A stretch of 59,821 bases of DNA from a virus. Lineage: Duplodnaviria; Caudoviricetes. Below, one piece after another: positions 56,967 through 59,821 of the stretch (positions are counted from its first letter, which is position 1; the number at the start of each line of letters is the position of its first letter). The notes beneath the pieces are model-generated. The model worked only from the letters and a program-made list of their open reading frames with translations. It did no database searches and had not been told where the DNA came from. The translations under genes and the position numbers were made by a program. The stretch is taken from positions 1 through 59,821 of IMG/VR virus record IMGVR_UViG_3300045996_001015, one strand, 5' to 3'.

Positions 56967-57278
56967 ATGAAAAGTAGCAAAAAAAGTAGCGGTGTCGTGG
57001 CAAAAACATGCCTCATCTGTGGTGGCACGGGAACCAAAAAACTCCCCGTGCGACGAGGTCTTTGCAATAAGCACTACCTGTCCTATCAGCGGGCCTACAA
57101 GATGGTCCCGAAAGAAAAAAGGGAGGAATTTGAGCAGGACTCAATCAAGGCAGGCGAAGTGTTGCCGATGGACGACAACGTTCACGTCAAGCGTGCGCTT
57201 AAGTATATGAATCCTGAGGATCGGAGTTTGATAGAAGGTGCAGCGCCGTTACTCGATAAATTCAAAAAGAAGGGATAA
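56967..57278 (+). CDS. CCCH zinc-finger protein in the CI position
   Basis: TCLICGGTGTKKLPVRRGLCNKHY. First gene of the integrase operon. Confidence 0.75.
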   Translation: MKSSKKSSGVVAKTCLICGGTGTKKLPVRRGLCNKHYLSYQRAYKMVPKEKREEFEQDSIKAGEVLPMDDNVHVKRALKYMNPEDRSLIEGAAPLLDKFKKKG

Positions 57279-57280
57279 CT

Positions 57281-57988
57281 ATGGTTTCGGTCATTGCGTT
57301 TGTTCTGATGTCATGTCAGGTAGTAGTTCCTGCTAATGTTTTTGCTAGAGAGCTAAAAAAAGCAGAAGATCATCGCGCCGCGTACATTTCTGAGTGCGAA
57401 TCCGAGGCAGCAGAATTACGTGCGAAGGGAAAGCTGCTCGCAGTCGCAAAGGTTGGGACAAACGTTCACCTTAAAGATGCAAAAACCAACAAGCCTCATT
57501 TGGTGTACGTTAAGTCGCAGGAAATCAAAGACGCCACGCTTAAAGCGATGGGTGAACGGGTGGAATATCTTGAAGGCGAGGTAAAGGCGGCCAAATCATT
57601 GGATTTGCTGCCACAGCCCACCAAGGAGCATGAGTCGCTTTATTCGGTGTTTTATTTTTCGGACAAAATCAAAGTAAAGCAGGTGTTCGACGGCGAAAAT
57701 GTGCTGATCACGTATAAATACAATAAACCGGACGGGGCAGTTGACGTTGTTGATTATGTATTAACTGGAGTCAACGTAGGGGCCTTTGCTGACGGAAAAG
57801 AAATGCAATACGCAATACCGCTTATGGTGGTTGGAAACTATTCTTACATCACAAAGGACGAAAACAGGCGGACGGTACATAAGTTGGTTCCTGCCACAAA
57901 ACGGGAGCTAGAGGTTTTGGCGGGAATTAAAAGTAAGGAAAGCGTAGTCGAGCATGAACTGACTAACAAAAAAGCCACTTCAAAATGA
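57281..57988 (+). CDS. Exported protein in the lysogeny operon (possible superinfection exclusion)
   Basis: Hydrophobic N-terminus MVSVIAFVLMSC. Lies between the repressor-position gene and the integrase. Confidence 0.55.
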   Translation: MVSVIAFVLMSCQVVVPANVFARELKKAEDHRAAYISECESEAAELRAKGKLLAVAKVGTNVHLKDAKTNKPHLVYVKSQEIKDATLKAMGERVEYLEGEVKAAKSLDLLPQPTKEHESLYSVFYFSDKIKVKQVFDGENVLITYKYNKPDGAVDVVDYVLTGVNVGAFADGKEMQYAIPLMVVGNYSYITKDENRRTVHKLVPATKRELEVLAGIKSKESVVEHELTNKKATSK

Positions 57989-59133
57989 TCCGCGTATTTG
58001 TCCGCAAAAAGCCTGACCGAGATTTCTACCAACTCTATTACGTCGATCCGTTCACCGGCAAAGATGTCACGCGGTCTGCTAATACCGACAACAAGGCGTT
58101 GGCCGAGCGTGAGGCACAGAACTGGGAAACCGAGCTGACAGAGCAGGGGATCGGTGGCGGCGAGGTCTCCTGGGACGTTTTCAGACTGCGATTCACCGAC
58201 GAGCATTTAGCCCACTTAGCCATCAATACGCTCAAAGCCTACGAATCGAGTCTCAATGCTTTTGAAAATGCAGTAGGAAAACCGAAGTCCCTTTCGCTCG
58301 TCAATCCGAGCCTCATGAGTAAGCTGCGAACGAAGCTGATTGCAAACGCCGGTTCGGTTGAAACGGCCAAGAAATACATGCGTCACATTCAGGGCGCGTT
58401 GTCCTGGGCCGAAACAATCGGACTGATTAAAAAGGCCCCGTCGTTTATCGGTGTTCCTGGTAGCGGCAAGATGAAGGGGAGGCCGGTCACGGATAAAGAA
58501 TTTCAGTCCATGATCGATAACGCGAACGTCGAGAAGCCGGGTGAGTTTGCGAAAACAACTGCCGTGGAAGTTGAAAAACGGATCTTCACAATGAAGTCGA
58601 TTTGGGAGTCCGGCCTGAGAGTCGGCGAGCTATCGCGCTGCCACTGGGATAGCGGGCCGATCCGGTTCGATTTAGACAGCGGCGCATACCCTCAAATGAT
58701 ATTCAGCGTTGGCAGCCACAAGTCACGCCGACAAGAAATTGTGCCGATGACACCAGAGTTCGCTGCGTTGCTTAGGAAGCGATTTCCCGAAGGCAGTCGC
58801 AAGGGAAGGGTGTTTGACCTCGCGCAGCCCGATCGCGTCATATCGGCCATAGGCGTGGCCGCCAAGATCATTGTGAACGAAGATGGCAAGTGCGCATCGG
58901 CTCATGACCTGAGACGCTCGTTTGCGACTCGCTGGAGTTATAAGGTTCGGCCAGTGATTTTGCAACGAATGATGCGACACAAAAGCATCACCACGACGCT
59001 CACTTACTACGTCATGCAAGAGGCCGATGATGTCGGTGCAGAAATCTGGCGCGTACCCCCATTTGTACCCCAAACGCCCGAAAATCCGAAAAGGAAATCA
59101 AAACTGACCCCCAAAAACATCGGGAAAAAATGA
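57985..59133 (+). CDS. int: Tyrosine integrase
   Basis: SGLRVGEL (R), SHK (K), AHDLRRSF (HxxR) and MRHKSITTTLTYY (H, Y). Confidence 0.95.
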   Translation: MIRVFVRKKPDRDFYQLYYVDPFTGKDVTRSANTDNKALAEREAQNWETELTEQGIGGGEVSWDVFRLRFTDEHLAHLAINTLKAYESSLNAFENAVGKPKSLSLVNPSLMSKLRTKLIANAGSVETAKKYMRHIQGALSWAETIGLIKKAPSFIGVPGSGKMKGRPVTDKEFQSMIDNANVEKPGEFAKTTAVEVEKRIFTMKSIWESGLRVGELSRCHWDSGPIRFDLDSGAYPQMIFSVGSHKSRRQEIVPMTPEFAALLRKRFPEGSRKGRVFDLAQPDRVISAIGVAAKIIVNEDGKCASAHDLRRSFATRWSYKVRPVILQRMMRHKSITTTLTYYVMQEADDVGAEIWRVPPFVPQTPENPKRKSKLTPKNIGKK

Positions 59134-59265
59134 AAGTTGGGAGTCAGTTTATGGGCTGATTAGGACTTAAAATCCTTCGGAGGGTAACCTCTGTGCGGGT
59201 TCGATTCCCGCCATCCCCACTACTTTTGAAGATTGACGAGAACCATGTACCCCAACTTGTACCCC
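59053..59265. other. attP region: core plus arm-type repeats
   Basis: GTACCCC pairs at 59053/59065 and 59247/59259, each pair spaced 12 bp, flanking the tRNA fragment. Confidence 0.75.
59162..59219 (+). tRNA. 3' fragment of tRNA-Leu(UAA) forming the attP core
   Basis: AGGA-CTTAAAA-TCCT anticodon arm, long variable arm GGAGG-GTAA-CCTCT, T-arm GCGGG-TTCGATT-CCCGC and acceptor 3' strand CATCCCC-A. The 5' half is missing. Confidence 0.88.
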
Positions 59266-59694
59266 TAAGCGTAAACAGTCGCAATTTTTTTTGCATAGAT
59301 AATGCAGGTCAAGTCATTCTCTCTGATCCATTTATTTAGCAAGCCAATATCGTGCTTCATGTGCTTCTGACCTTTACGGCCAGAAGAATATACCCTTGGC
59401 AGCACTGTTGGTTCATCGCCTTCGTTCGTTGGATCGTAAGCACATAACTGGACTGTCCCTAAGCTCCTCGCCTTTAACGTCTTCATACCTGCCGCCTTTC
59501 CTAAAACTACAGGATTCCGTTCTGCCCTCGCGTCCGCTACTTGAGGGTCGCCGTGGGCTAGATTTTCGGATAGCTTTATCCAGATTGCAAGGAAAATAAG
59601 TTGGCGCAAACAACCACAGTATCGCTATCAATTCGCCTTAACCTGAAATTAAGGTTTCTTTCTCGTTTCTGCGCTCTCCCGCATTCTGAATTTG

Positions 59695-59821
59695 CACACG
59701 AATCTAACGGAATCTCATATTGCAGGACTGACGCGCCTGCTCGCGGTTGCCACGGCATAAACCGTCTTGGTGTTATGTTGGCAGTGTACAAAGATACTCT
59801 AAGCGAGTCAATGGAATTTAA
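59695..59821. repeat. Direct terminal repeat copy 2
   Basis: Identical to 1-127. Confidence 0.95.

Noticed and set aside
59153-59222. Complete tRNA-Leu, or tmRNA (GGGCTGATT resembles a tmRNA 5' end)
   Set aside because: There is no D-arm and no 5' strand complementary to CATCCCC, and no tag reading frame. It is an attP tRNA fragment.
59695-59821. 127-bp terminal repeat as a biological DTR
   Set aside because: The length equals a standard assembler k-mer and it falls in an accessory region, so it is most simply a circular overlap.
1-59821. Alternative genetic code
   Set aside because: Conserved genes are full length under the standard code, and all three stop codons end genes.

Overview
The window is an apparently complete, circularised temperate phage genome of about 59,694 bp. 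Bases 1-127 repeat exactly at 59695-59821, probably an assembly overlap. The gene content suggests a podovirus. A minus-strand head/tail operon holds scaffold, major capsid, terminase, portal, adaptor, nozzle and an esterase-bearing receptor-binding protein. A plus-strand block holds internal/ejection proteins. There is a lambdoid-style replication/recombination module (DUF1376 initiator, Sak4-like ATPase, PD-(D/E)XK nuclease, SSB, RusA-like). A tyrosine integrase is followed by attP containing the 3' half of tRNA-Leu(UAA). Two CsrA homologues and the secreted-protein repertoire hint at a Planctomycetota host (inference). The most unusual observations are: (1) the cI/cro position holds two divergent, paralogous stand-alone CCCH zinc-finger proteins with promoters and operator-like repeats between them, and no HTH repressor; (2) there is no recognisable endolysin, but there is a membrane protein + papain-like protease + exported thioredoxin cassette; (3) three non-canonical tRNA-like RNAs; (4) a CsrA circuit with ANGGA-rich leaders; (5) a glycosyltransferase-methyltransferase fusion inside the head operon; (6) a second, serine recombinase. 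All calls come from reading motifs and gene context by eye. No database searches were run.
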